Shown here: piece by piece, positions 45,648 through 54,129 of the stretch
Position numbering within the stretch: position 1 is the first letter of the stretch
Layout of the letters: every line of letters begins with the position of its first letter
Origin: an uncultured Flavobacteriales bacterium
Lineage (GTDB): Bacteria; Pseudomonadota; Alphaproteobacteria; UBA8366; JADFVY01
Assembly: GCA_964347475.1 (NCBI GenBank)
Contig: CAYFYY010000001.1
Span: 6,879-70,878, forward strand
Direction: 5' to 3'
Length of the DNA: 64,000 nt
Notes under the pieces: model-generated
Databases searched by the model: none
What the model saw: the letters and a program-made list of their open reading frames with translations, nothing else
Told to the model about the DNA's origin: nothing
Position numbers and translations under genes: made by a program

Positions 45648-47186
45648 TCAGAACGGCATCACTTCGTAGACACAGACCACGCCGCTGCCTTCATTCGCGG
45701 CATAGATGAAAACCGATCCCTGCCGCTTGAAATAGGCGATGCCTTCCGGCGCCTGGCTACCCAGAGACTTGCCCGGGTTGGCGCCGGCAAGCGAGACCAC
45801 TGTGGGATTGGCGGGGTCGGCCAGGGAGACGAGCGCGACCGCGTCGGCCCGCTCCAGCCCCACAGCGGCATAATGAACGCCACGGAACTGGAAGGTCACG
45901 AGGTTCTCCGGCTCAGCGCCCTTGCTGTCGCTGCGGCTGTCAGGATAGAGGCCGGCCGCATCGGCGGCGATGTCGAGCTGTTCGGCGGTATCGCCCAGCA
46001 GGATGCCGGTCTCGGCGTCGAACACGCTGACCGTGCGGCCGCCGGCGGTCGCAAAGCCATCCGGCGTCTTGGAGGCCTTCGGGTCGGTATCGCCCTCGTC
46101 GGCGGTCACGAAATACAGACCGTCGACGGTGGTGGCGATGCCGTCCGGCTCACGCAGCGCGACGAGGGTTTCATTAAAGTCGATGACACCGTTGTCGGTC
46201 TTGTCAGCGACATGGGTGGTGATCCCGAGGCCGATATAGCCGACGAATTCGCCGTCCTCGAGATCGATCACGGCAACGCCGTTGTTCTCCTGCATAACGA
46301 CGAAAGCAAGGTCGCCGTCCTTGGAGAACGAGGCGAGCTCCGGCTCAAGATACCGCGGCGTGTTGTCGAGCAGCGGAATCATCACCAGTTCACCGGACTC
46401 CTCGTTGCCCCACACCTCGGCACCGTCGATGAAGCCGGCCAGGAAATCCAGGTCCTCGATCACGCCGTTGCCGTTGTAATCGAAACCGCCCTCGCCGTCC
46501 TCGAACTCGTCGGCGATGACGCCGTCGCCGTTGAGGTCGACGCCGCGTTCAAGAAGGCGCTTGTCGGCGCCGCTGACCATGCCCGGCGTGCCCGTCGCAT
46601 CCGGCAGTTCCACCAGCGTCGCCTTGGCGCGCCGGGGGCCCTCGCTGAGATTGACGATCGTCACGCTGCCGGGTGGCGAGCTGAATTCCAGAGTCTTGCG
46701 ATCGAAGGAGAACGATTCGCCTTCGTTGGACACCACGGCGAAGTCGCCGTCGGCATCGATCGCCACCGCGTCCGGCTCCGACCCGGCCTTGAGCGCCTTC
46801 AGGAGTTTGCCGTCGGACGCGCGGCGAATTTCGATGCGGCCGTTCTTCTTCGTCCCCTCCACCTCGATGGCGACGATGAAATAGTCCTCTTCCGGATGGA
46901 AGGCGACCGACGTCACGCCCTCGCCGGACCTCAGGCGCAGGTCGAACACGGCGGACACCATCGGCGCGGCCGGATTGCTCAAATCAAGAATCGTGATTGT
47001 GCCTGCGGCTGCGTTCGTCACCGCGGCGCGGGCGGTTTTGCCCTGTACGCTGATGACTTCCGTGCCCTCGCCGACTCCGCTGTCCCAGTGGCCGACCAAG
47101 CTCAGGCTGGCCTCGGCCAGGACGGGCGAACCTGACGCCAAAACGAGCGCCAGCCCCGCGCAGGTTGTCAACGTAATATTCCTCAT
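45648..47186 (-). CDS. Secreted beta-propeller protein, choice-of-anchor-I-like, with an EF-hand/dockerin-like Ca-binding insert
   Basis: Signal MRNITLTTCAGLALVLASGSPVLA, with a GGAGA RBS at the 47186 start. Repeated ..AVxxxGxFAVVSNEG../..YAANEGSG.. strand motifs. Insert DLNGDGVIADEFE..DYNGNGVIEDLD. Family call is tentative. Confidence 0.6.
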   Translation of the reverse strand: MRNITLTTCAGLALVLASGSPVLAEASLSLVGHWDSGVGEGTEVISVQGKTARAAVTNAAAGTITILDLSNPAAPMVSAVFDLRLRSGEGVTSVAFHPEEDYFIVAIEVEGTKKNGRIEIRRASDGKLLKALKAGSEPDAVAIDADGDFAVVSNEGESFSFDRKTLEFSSPPGSVTIVNLSEGPRRAKATLVELPDATGTPGMVSGADKRLLERGVDLNGDGVIADEFEDGEGGFDYNGNGVIEDLDFLAGFIDGAEVWGNEESGELVMIPLLDNTPRYLEPELASFSKDGDLAFVVMQENNGVAVIDLEDGEFVGYIGLGITTHVADKTDNGVIDFNETLVALREPDGIATTVDGLYFVTADEGDTDPKASKTPDGFATAGGRTVSVFDAETGILLGDTAEQLDIAADAAGLYPDSRSDSKGAEPENLVTFQFRGVHYAAVGLERADAVALVSLADPANPTVVSLAGANPGKSLGSQAPEGIAYFKRQGSVFIYAANEGSGVVCVYEVMPF

Positions 47187-47303
47187 CACTGTCTCCAATT
47201 CTTCCTTTTTTGCCAATAACTGTTTGAATATTCGTTATTCTTTTTGGCCAATCTCCCCTCTTGTTCTCCCCAAAATCCTCACATATGCGCGTCAGCGACC
47301 GGC

Positions 47304-49010
47304 CTAACCTGCCAGCCGGTCGCGCAGACCGTTGCCCGACCCCGTACCGGCGGAGGACGCGGCATTGAGACGCAAGCCGTCGAGAAACGCCTCGATCTCC
47401 TTGTTCAATTGTTCGGACTGTCCGGACAGGCTCTGCGCGGCCTCGAGCACCTGCGCCGCCGAAGCGCCGGTCTCGCCGGCGACCTGGCGGACCTCCTCGA
47501 TGCTCTTGGAGACGACCTGCGTTCCCGCCGCGGCCTCCTGCACGCTGCGGGCGATCTCCTGCGTCGAGGAATCCTGTTGCTCGATCGCTGCGGCGATCGC
47601 CGCCGAGTTGTCGCTGATCCGCTGGATGATGCCGAGGATGCCTTGTGTGGCATCGACGGTCTTGCCCGTCGCCGCCTGCACCTCCTCGACCTGCATGGCG
47701 ATCTCGCCGGTCGCATGCGCCGTCTGCTTGGCGAGGTTCTTGACCTCCTGGGCGACCACGGCGAAGCCTTTGCCGGCCTCGCCGGCCCGCGCCGCCTCGA
47801 TCGTCGCATTGAGCGCGAGCAGGTTGATCTTGCTGGCGATCCTGTTGATAAGGTCGACGACCTGACTGATTTTTTCGGCGGCCCGCGCGAGGTCCTGGAC
47901 GGTCACGTCGATGTCCTCGGCGGCCCGAGCCGCTTGCGCCGCGACCTGGCTCGAATCCGTGATCTGACGGTTGATTTCGCGGACCGAGCTCGACAACTGC
48001 TCCGTCGCCGTGGCCGCGGTCTGCACGTTCATCGATGATTCCTCCGAAGCGCTGGCCACGGCGGTCGACTGCCGGTTGTTGTGGTCGGCGAAGGTCGACA
48101 TCGACTTCGCCGTTTCCTGCAGCTGACTCGATGCCGTCGACACGCTGGTCACGATGGCCTTTACGCTGGCATCGAAATGCCGCGCCAGACGTTCCATGGT
48201 CTGGCGCTTCTCCTCGCGAAGGTCCGCTTCGATCAGCTCCTGCTCGGCCTCGATCCGTTCCTTTTCGTTTATGGCGTCGCGGAAGACCCGGACGACGTGG
48301 GCCATCTGAACGATCTCGTTTTCCTGCGACCGGTCTGCCAGCGTGACATCCCCGTGGGCGCGGGCCAGTTCCACCAGCTGGGAAATGATCCGGGCCAGAG
48401 GCGCACTGACCAGCCGCCGGAACAGGACGACGAGGAAGACGATCGATCCCAGCAGGATCGCGGCAGACAGCAGCGACGACCTCTGCAGGGACGCGGCCAG
48501 ATCGGCCTCGATCCCGCGGAAATCCCAGAAGATCAGGACATGTCCCGCGGGCACGACCTTGTTGTATTTCGCCTGGTAATAGACGGACGGGGCGGACACG
48601 ACGGCGTAATCGCCCGCCATCCGGTATTCCGCCTTGTCCGAGCGCAGCACCGCATCGCCTTCGAGCAGACCCGGCAGCACGTCGGCCGTTCCGGCGCGCC
48701 GCCACTGGTAGACGGTGTCGCCGGCCTCGTTGATCGCGACGATGGCGAGAAGATCGCCGACATCGTCGAGAGCGAGCGTTTCGTGCACCTGGCCGAACAC
48801 CGGGGTCCGCCGCCAGCGCAGCGCACCGGACATGGCGGAGGCAATCAGTCCGGTCTGCACCTTCTTGTTCTCGACGATCCGGTTGACGGCGGTCGTTCGT
48901 TCGTGAATGCCCTGGGCAGCGATCAGGACCGCGAAGGACAGGGCGAAAATCCCCGCGACGATGGAAATTGCCCGTCCCTGAAAACTCTTCAGCCGAAGTT
49001 TCGACAGCAT
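47304..49010 (-). CDS. Methyl-accepting chemotaxis protein
   Basis: Two TM helices, a HAMP region, and the highly conserved signalling hairpin [47 protein letters not shown]. Confidence 0.9.
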   Translation of the reverse strand: MLSKLRLKSFQGRAISIVAGIFALSFAVLIAAQGIHERTTAVNRIVENKKVQTGLIASAMSGALRWRRTPVFGQVHETLALDDVGDLLAIVAINEAGDTVYQWRRAGTADVLPGLLEGDAVLRSDKAEYRMAGDYAVVSAPSVYYQAKYNKVVPAGHVLIFWDFRGIEADLAASLQRSSLLSAAILLGSIVFLVVLFRRLVSAPLARIISQLVELARAHGDVTLADRSQENEIVQMAHVVRVFRDAINEKERIEAEQELIEADLREEKRQTMERLARHFDASVKAIVTSVSTASSQLQETAKSMSTFADHNNRQSTAVASASEESSMNVQTAATATEQLSSSVREINRQITDSSQVAAQAARAAEDIDVTVQDLARAAEKISQVVDLINRIASKINLLALNATIEAARAGEAGKGFAVVAQEVKNLAKQTAHATGEIAMQVEEVQAATGKTVDATQGILGIIQRISDNSAAIAAAIEQQDSSTQEIARSVQEAAAGTQVVSKSIEEVRQVAGETGASAAQVLEAAQSLSGQSEQLNKEIEAFLDGLRLNAASSAGTGSGNGLRDRLAG

Positions 49011-49224
49011 CGTTCAACCCTCCCGGCGGACACATTGGGCGTCCGCCATTTCGGCGATCCCCTCACGCGAGGACCGGTTGGGGCCGGTCGCCGTGCGCCT
49101 CTCTCGTCTCTCTGCACGTTCATTGGTGACCGTGTTCGGTTACGCTGTTGCGCGCGACCCATTTCTTGCCCGCCGCGTCGCGAGCCCCGTCTGGCCGGGG
49201 CCGCGACGACAACGGGTTCACCGA

Positions 49225-49797
49225 TCAGAGCGCGTCAACGTTGAAACCGACGGTCACAGCACCGATCGGCTTGCCCGTGACGGGATCCTTGACCGTGAAA
49301 TTGGCCTGGGACTGCATCGACTGGGTCGAGTTGTCGAATTCGACCACGTCGACGAACATGGCGTCCGGACCGACCAGAAAGGTCTTGGTGAACTTGATCT
49401 CTTCACCTTGCCAGATGTCGGAATTCGGCGCCGACTGGGCGATGCTGAGGCCCATCGCGTCGATCACGCCGATCTCGTTCACCTTGTTGCCGGAGGCTTC
49501 GATGACCTGGCGCATGCGCTCGGCCAGCGAATTGCCGACCACGCTGTCGATCAGCGGGCGGTTGGAGCTGTCGATCTCCGTCTGCCAGGTGGCCTCGAGG
49601 TGATCGATGTCCGATTGGGTCATGTTGCTGCGCCTGGCGTTCGAGGCGCGCAGGGCTTCGATCAGGTCGTCCTGCACGATCATCGAGATGATTTCGGGCA
49701 TGGCCTGCTTGATCGGGGTTTCGTGGGAGTCTGCAATCGCGGGGGTTCCTGAAAAGGCTATGAGGCCCGCCGCAACGATTGTAATGGCGCGTAGCAT
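49225..49797 (-). CDS. Periplasmic protein of unknown function (possible sensor or ligand-binding module) upstream of the MCP gene
   Basis: Signal peptide MLRAITIVAAGLIAFSGTPAIA and an AAGGAAGAGGA RBS. No catalytic motif was recognised. Confidence 0.55.
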   Translation of the reverse strand: MLRAITIVAAGLIAFSGTPAIADSHETPIKQAMPEIISMIVQDDLIEALRASNARRSNMTQSDIDHLEATWQTEIDSSNRPLIDSVVGNSLAERMRQVIEASGNKVNEIGVIDAMGLSIAQSAPNSDIWQGEEIKFTKTFLVGPDAMFVDVVEFDNSTQSMQSQANFTVKDPVTGKPIGAVTVGFNVDAL

Positions 49798-50265
49798 ACC
49801 ATCCTCTTCCTTAGCAGTTTCACAGTGCTTTCATTACCACCGCAGATTGCCTTAAAACTTATTAACAAAGCGTTGATACAAGAAGAAAGTCAGCAGGCAT
49901 TTATTTTACAATAATTTATACATTTGCTACCTTTCGGTCCCATCTCCTAATGCGGGTAAGTTTAATAAAATTGCGCAGTCGGTTTGCAGATTGAACCCGC
50001 TGCGTTTTTTAAACTTAAGATGGAATTAATGCCCTGAGAGGGGCCAATCCGCGGGCTCGAACATCTGACCCGTCCGGGTCTGTCGAAGGCCCCGTAACGA
50101 GAGGTGAAGACCCTTCTCCGGGTTTCCACGGGGCAAAAGTGTCGGACTGTTGGCGGCGCGGAACGCCGGTCGTCGCGGCAGGATTCGCATGGCGGCAGCG
50201 GCCACCCGTGGAAGGCGCGTCGGCTCTTGCGCCTGGGCGCACCGGGGCGCGGTCGCGGCTTGCGG

Positions 50266-51546
50266 TCAGCCGAAGATTTCGGCGGTGATGCCGGCGTACC
50301 AGGCCGCGCCGTCCCGCGCCGCGGCAGCCCGGGTCGCGTCGCTCTCGCCGAGGGGGCTGATCTCCAATTCGATGCGCTGCAGCGCACCCGCCACGACGGC
50401 AAAGGCGGCGCTTTCGTGCACCGCATGATCCGGGGCCACGTGGCTCCAGCACGTGCCGCCGAGGACGCCTGGCCCGGCCGATTCGCCGGAGAGTGCCTCC
50501 AGGATTGCCCGCGCGCAGGATTCCGCATGCTGGTGCGCGGCATAGGCGGCCTTGGGCATCGGCGAGGCGAGCGCGGCGTCGCCGATGACGTGGATGCCGC
50601 GTTGCTGCGTCGACTCGAATGTCAGGGGATCGACCGGGCACCAGCCGCGCCGGTCCGCCAGCCCCGACTGCACGGCGATGCGTCCCGCCGTCTGCGGCGG
50701 AATGACGTTGGCGACGGCGACTTTGAACGACTCGTCCTCGGCCATGACCGTCATGGTCGCCGGGTCCACGCCCTTGATGCCGCCCGCGAAGTCGGCGGGC
50801 AGGACCTCGATCATGCCGGGGTAGAATCGCGTCCAGGCTTCGTGGAACAGGTCGTGGAGCGGAAAATCGTTCTTCGAGTCCAGGATGATGATCCTGGATT
50901 TCGGCTTCTCGCGCCTGAAATAATGGGCGACGAGCGACGCCCGCTCGTACGGCGCGGTCGGGCAGCGATACGGCATGTCCGGCGGTGCGATTAGAAAGGT
51001 GCCGCCGTCGTCCATCGCCTCGAGCTGGATTCGCAGCAGTTCCGTCTGTTTGCCCGCCTGCCAGGCATGCGGCATGGCATTCGCCTCCGCCGGACCGTAG
51101 CCGTCGATCGCGTCCCAGTCGAAGTCGATCCCGGGTGCGACGATCAGCCGGTCCCAGGACAGCACGTCGCCGCCGGCGAGGCGAACCGTCCGCGCGGACG
51201 GATCGATCGCCACCGCAACCTGGTGCATGAGCGTGATGCCGTAGCGTTCGGACAGGACGTCATAGGTGTGGGTCAGCGACTCCAGCGAACGCATTCCACC
51301 GATATGGAGATTGGAGAAGAAACAAGTAACGTAGCGGGTCTTGGGCTCGACGAGGGTGATATTCAGGCCCTTGCCCGCCGCGGCCAGGAATCGGGCCGCC
51401 GTGGCGCCGCCGGCGCCGCCGCCGATCACGACGACCCGGCCGCCGGCCGCCAGCGCATCGCGCCGCATCACGAAGGGCGCAGCCATCAGCGCCGCGCCCG
51501 CCGTCCTGATGAAGTGTCGCCGGCGCATCCCTGCCATGCCTGCCAT
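50266..51546 (-). CDS. FccB-like FAD-dependent sulfide dehydrogenase flavoprotein (second copy, no adjacent cytochrome gene)
   Basis: Tat signal MRRRHFIRTAGAALMAAPFVMRRDALA, VVVIGGGAGGATAARF, and the C-terminal WYAGITAEIFG. Paralogous to 42147-43424 along its whole length. Confidence 0.8.
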   Translation of the reverse strand: MAGMAGMRRRHFIRTAGAALMAAPFVMRRDALAAGGRVVVIGGGAGGATAARFLAAAGKGLNITLVEPKTRYVTCFFSNLHIGGMRSLESLTHTYDVLSERYGITLMHQVAVAIDPSARTVRLAGGDVLSWDRLIVAPGIDFDWDAIDGYGPAEANAMPHAWQAGKQTELLRIQLEAMDDGGTFLIAPPDMPYRCPTAPYERASLVAHYFRREKPKSRIIILDSKNDFPLHDLFHEAWTRFYPGMIEVLPADFAGGIKGVDPATMTVMAEDESFKVAVANVIPPQTAGRIAVQSGLADRRGWCPVDPLTFESTQQRGIHVIGDAALASPMPKAAYAAHQHAESCARAILEALSGESAGPGVLGGTCWSHVAPDHAVHESAAFAVVAGALQRIELEISPLGESDATRAAAARDGAAWYAGITAEIFG

Positions 51547-51635
51547 CCGATCGAGCCGGAGGTTGAGTCCTCCCGACCGCCACTGTACAGGCGAAATGCC
51601 GGATGCGTAAGCCCGCCATGGCGCAAGGCGAAGGC

Positions 51636-52331
51636 TCAGGCGGCGCGCGTTGCCCCCGGTGCGGCGTCGAGGTCGCCGGAAGCCGTCGCCCCGATGATTT
51701 CCCAGCTCCGTGCCCGCGCCGCGCGGGCAAGCCGCCGATCGGGGCGGACGGCGATCGGCCGCGCCACCCGTGCCAGCAGCGCAAGGTCATGAATCGAGTC
51801 GGCATAAGCGGCGGCCCGCGCAAGCTCGGCGCCGTGCCGCGCGCACAGATCGTCGGCCGCGGCGATCTTGTCGATCCCCAGCGGATGACGGACCGGCGGG
51901 GCCGCCGCGAACCGGCCATCCCGTAGCGCATAGCGCGCGCCCTGCCAGCCGTCGGCGCCGATCCGCTCCGCCAGCGGCCTGGCGAGGAAATCCGGGGTTC
52001 CGGTCAGCAGCAGGATCACATCGCCGGCACGGCGGTGCTCCTCGATGCGCTGCAGGACGGCCCGGTCGATCAGGCGGGCAAGATCGCGCTCCGCGAACGC
52101 GCGTGCAAGGGCGGCCACATCGTCGAGCGCGAGGCCGGCCAGATAGGCCTTGTTCTTGCGCAGCACGTGACGCCGGTAACGCCATCCGTTCGCCAGCATG
52201 AACCAGCCGGCCGCGGCAATCTGCGGCACGCCGATCACGCGGCGCCGCAGGAGATCCCGGACGAACAGGGATTCACTGCTGTGCGGTCCGGTCAGCAGTG
52301 TTCCATCGACGTCGAAAATCGCTGCGTTCAC
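51636..52331 (-). CDS. HAD-IB family phosphatase (SerB-like subfamily)
   Basis: Motif I AIFDVDGTLL, LLTGTPDF, and YADSIHDLALL. The GTG start overlaps the upstream stop (GTGA). Confidence 0.75.
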   Translation of the reverse strand: MNAAIFDVDGTLLTGPHSSESLFVRDLLRRRVIGVPQIAAAGWFMLANGWRYRRHVLRKNKAYLAGLALDDVAALARAFAERDLARLIDRAVLQRIEEHRRAGDVILLLTGTPDFLARPLAERIGADGWQGARYALRDGRFAAAPPVRHPLGIDKIAAADDLCARHGAELARAAAYADSIHDLALLARVARPIAVRPDRRLARAARARSWEIIGATASGDLDAAPGATRAA

Positions 52332-52978
52332 TCCACTGCCTCACGATAGGTCGAGCCGCGGGCCGGCTCCGCCACGGGACCCGGCCGCCTGGCGAGGAAC
52401 TCTATCACGACCGGCACGCCGCGGACGAGGCACATGACCACCGAGCACCACACGAGACCGCTGAGAATCGCCATGGCGGCGCCACCGAACTCGACCCAGA
52501 AGGACAGGTAGAGCGCGGGCAGCGGCTGCACCAGCAGGGCCAGGCCGAAGGTGGCCGTCTTGACCGTGTTGTAGAGGCCGCGCATGAAGCGTCCGCCGAC
52601 AAGAAAGCGGCCCAGGGGCGAGCGCATCATGTCGAACGGCGCGACGCCCTCGGACGCCGCCGCCGAATTGCGGATCGCATCGACGACGTTGCCCCGGACG
52701 ATGAACACGAGGGCGGCCCACACGGGCAGCAGGCCGATTTGGGCCAGCACGACCCACAGGACCGTTTCGACGACCCGGTCTGCGGCGATATCGAACGTCG
52801 CCCCGAATAGCGATGTCTCGCCGAACGCGCGCGCCGCATATCCGTCCAGCGCGTCCATCACCATGATGAGCGCGAGCAGCGGCAGGTTCCACAGCTGCCA
52901 GGCCGGCGGCGCCCAGTAGACCATGCCGACCAGGACGAACAGGAGGGTGAGACGGCCAAGCGTCACCAGATTTGCCAT
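52328..52978 (-). CDS. CDP-alcohol phosphatidyltransferase family protein (paralogue A)
   Basis: Complete signature DALDGYAARAFGETSLFGATFDIAADRV, i.e. D-x2-D-G-x2-A-R-x8-G-x3-D-x3-D. About six TM segments. Confidence 0.8.
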   Translation of the reverse strand: MANLVTLGRLTLLFVLVGMVYWAPPAWQLWNLPLLALIMVMDALDGYAARAFGETSLFGATFDIAADRVVETVLWVVLAQIGLLPVWAALVFIVRGNVVDAIRNSAAASEGVAPFDMMRSPLGRFLVGGRFMRGLYNTVKTATFGLALLVQPLPALYLSFWVEFGGAAMAILSGLVWCSVVMCLVRGVPVVIEFLARRPGPVAEPARGSTYREAVE

Positions 52979-53123
52979 GCGTGGGCTCCGTTGGACATGT
53001 ACGACGCTTCGCCCGGCGCGACCAGGCGATGGCCTCGTCGATTTGGCGGAACTCTACGGCCTTGTCTCTTAAACTTCGTTAAGGATTGTCGGGTTGCCAA
53101 GGGGTCCGGGCGCCGTGCCGCCG

Positions 53124-53759
53124 CTACTCGGCGCTGCCGGGCGCGCGGCGCAGGCCCGCGAACGGGTCCTCGCGCTGGAAGAACTCCGCGAGCACGGGAA
53201 TGCCGCGCAGGAAATTGATCGCCACGGCGAGCCACACGAGGCCCGCCAGCACGGCTTCGAACAGCGCGCCCCGCGCGACCCAGAAGGCGGGGTCGATCGC
53301 CGGCAGCGGCTGCATCAGCACGGCCCAGCCGAAGGCGGCCACCTTGCTGCCGCACGACATGCCGCGCATGAACTTGCCGACGACGAGCGCCCGTCCCCAG
53401 CGCGAGCGCATCATCTCATACGGCGCCTGGCCCTCGCTTGCCCCGGTCTGGCGGATCGAATCGGTCAGGTGGCCGCGGACGATGAAATACACCGGCACCC
53501 ACACCGGCACCAGACCGAGATGGGCCAGCACGACCCACATCACGCTCTCCACGATGCGGTCGACGGCGATGTCGAACACCGCGCCGAACAGCGTGGATTC
53601 GTTGCGCCGCCGCGCCACGACGCCGTCGAGCCAGTCGAGCAGCACGACGGCCAGCAGCAGCGGCAGGTCGATAAGCTGCCAGGCCGGGGGCGCGAAATAC
53701 ATCATCACAACGAGGACGAACAGGAGCAGCAGGCGGGCCAGGGTGATCGCGTTCGCCAT
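53124..53759 (-). CDS. CDP-alcohol phosphatidyltransferase family protein (paralogue B)
   Basis: Signature DWLDGVVARRRNESTLFGAVFDIAVDRI. The start MANAITLARL aligns with the paralogue A start MANLVTLGRL and has a GGAGAGAG RBS. The track ORF start at 53774 is a TTG. Confidence 0.8.
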   Translation of the reverse strand: MANAITLARLLLLFVLVVMMYFAPPAWQLIDLPLLLAVVLLDWLDGVVARRRNESTLFGAVFDIAVDRIVESVMWVVLAHLGLVPVWVPVYFIVRGHLTDSIRQTGASEGQAPYEMMRSRWGRALVVGKFMRGMSCGSKVAAFGWAVLMQPLPAIDPAFWVARGALFEAVLAGLVWLAVAINFLRGIPVLAEFFQREDPFAGLRRAPGSAE

Positions 53760-53854
53760 ATCGACTCTCTCCAAACGTTCGGGAACCGCGCAGACCAGGA
53801 CGGACTGCGCCGCAAGATGAACACGGCGGCCAGCACGACTCGGCAGACCGGCTC

Positions 53855-53862
53855 TTAACCAT
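53855..53862 (+). promoter_or_regulatory. TTAACCAT (CtrA-type 8-mer) in the divergent spacer between paralogue B and the Sel1 gene
   Basis: Exact 8-mer within the 370-nt spacer 53760-54129. Confidence 0.3.
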
Positions 53863-54129
53863 GATTATAACGTAAACAAACGGCTTGAGGAGGGGGCATC
53901 CTGAACCGCCGCCCGTCGCGGACTCCGCGGCCGAGGAGTCGCCGGGCGGCAAGACCGCTCCGACCTGGGGACACGGCCGGCGGGCGTGCCGAACGGCTGC
54001 GCGGGTGTCGCCGGATTCATCGAAACGAAACCTTCTGTCGGCTATCTGAATCGCTTGCGAGATGTACGGCAGGGCCCGGAAAGGGTCGCCCCGCGGAACC
54101 ATCACGCATCCTGTGACGGAGACTCCACG

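Noticed and set aside
45603-47135. 510-aa plus-strand ORF
   Set aside because: It is antisense to the secreted beta-propeller gene, which has a signal peptide, an RBS and repeated strand motifs. The plus-strand product has no features.
46984-49035. 683-aa minus-strand ORF overlapping the MCP gene in another frame
   Set aside because: The MCP frame carries the unmistakable signalling-hairpin motif. The alternative frame is an Arg/Gly/Asp-rich run without motifs.
49851-49866. TTAA...TTAAC string as a full CtrA site
   Set aside because: The spacing is N6, not the required N7, so I did not count it.
50030-50265. Possible missing cytochrome or small ORF downstream of the second FccB-like gene
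   Set aside because: The only ORF is about 54 codons starting MRILPRRPAF. It has no CxxCH, no signal peptide and no RBS.
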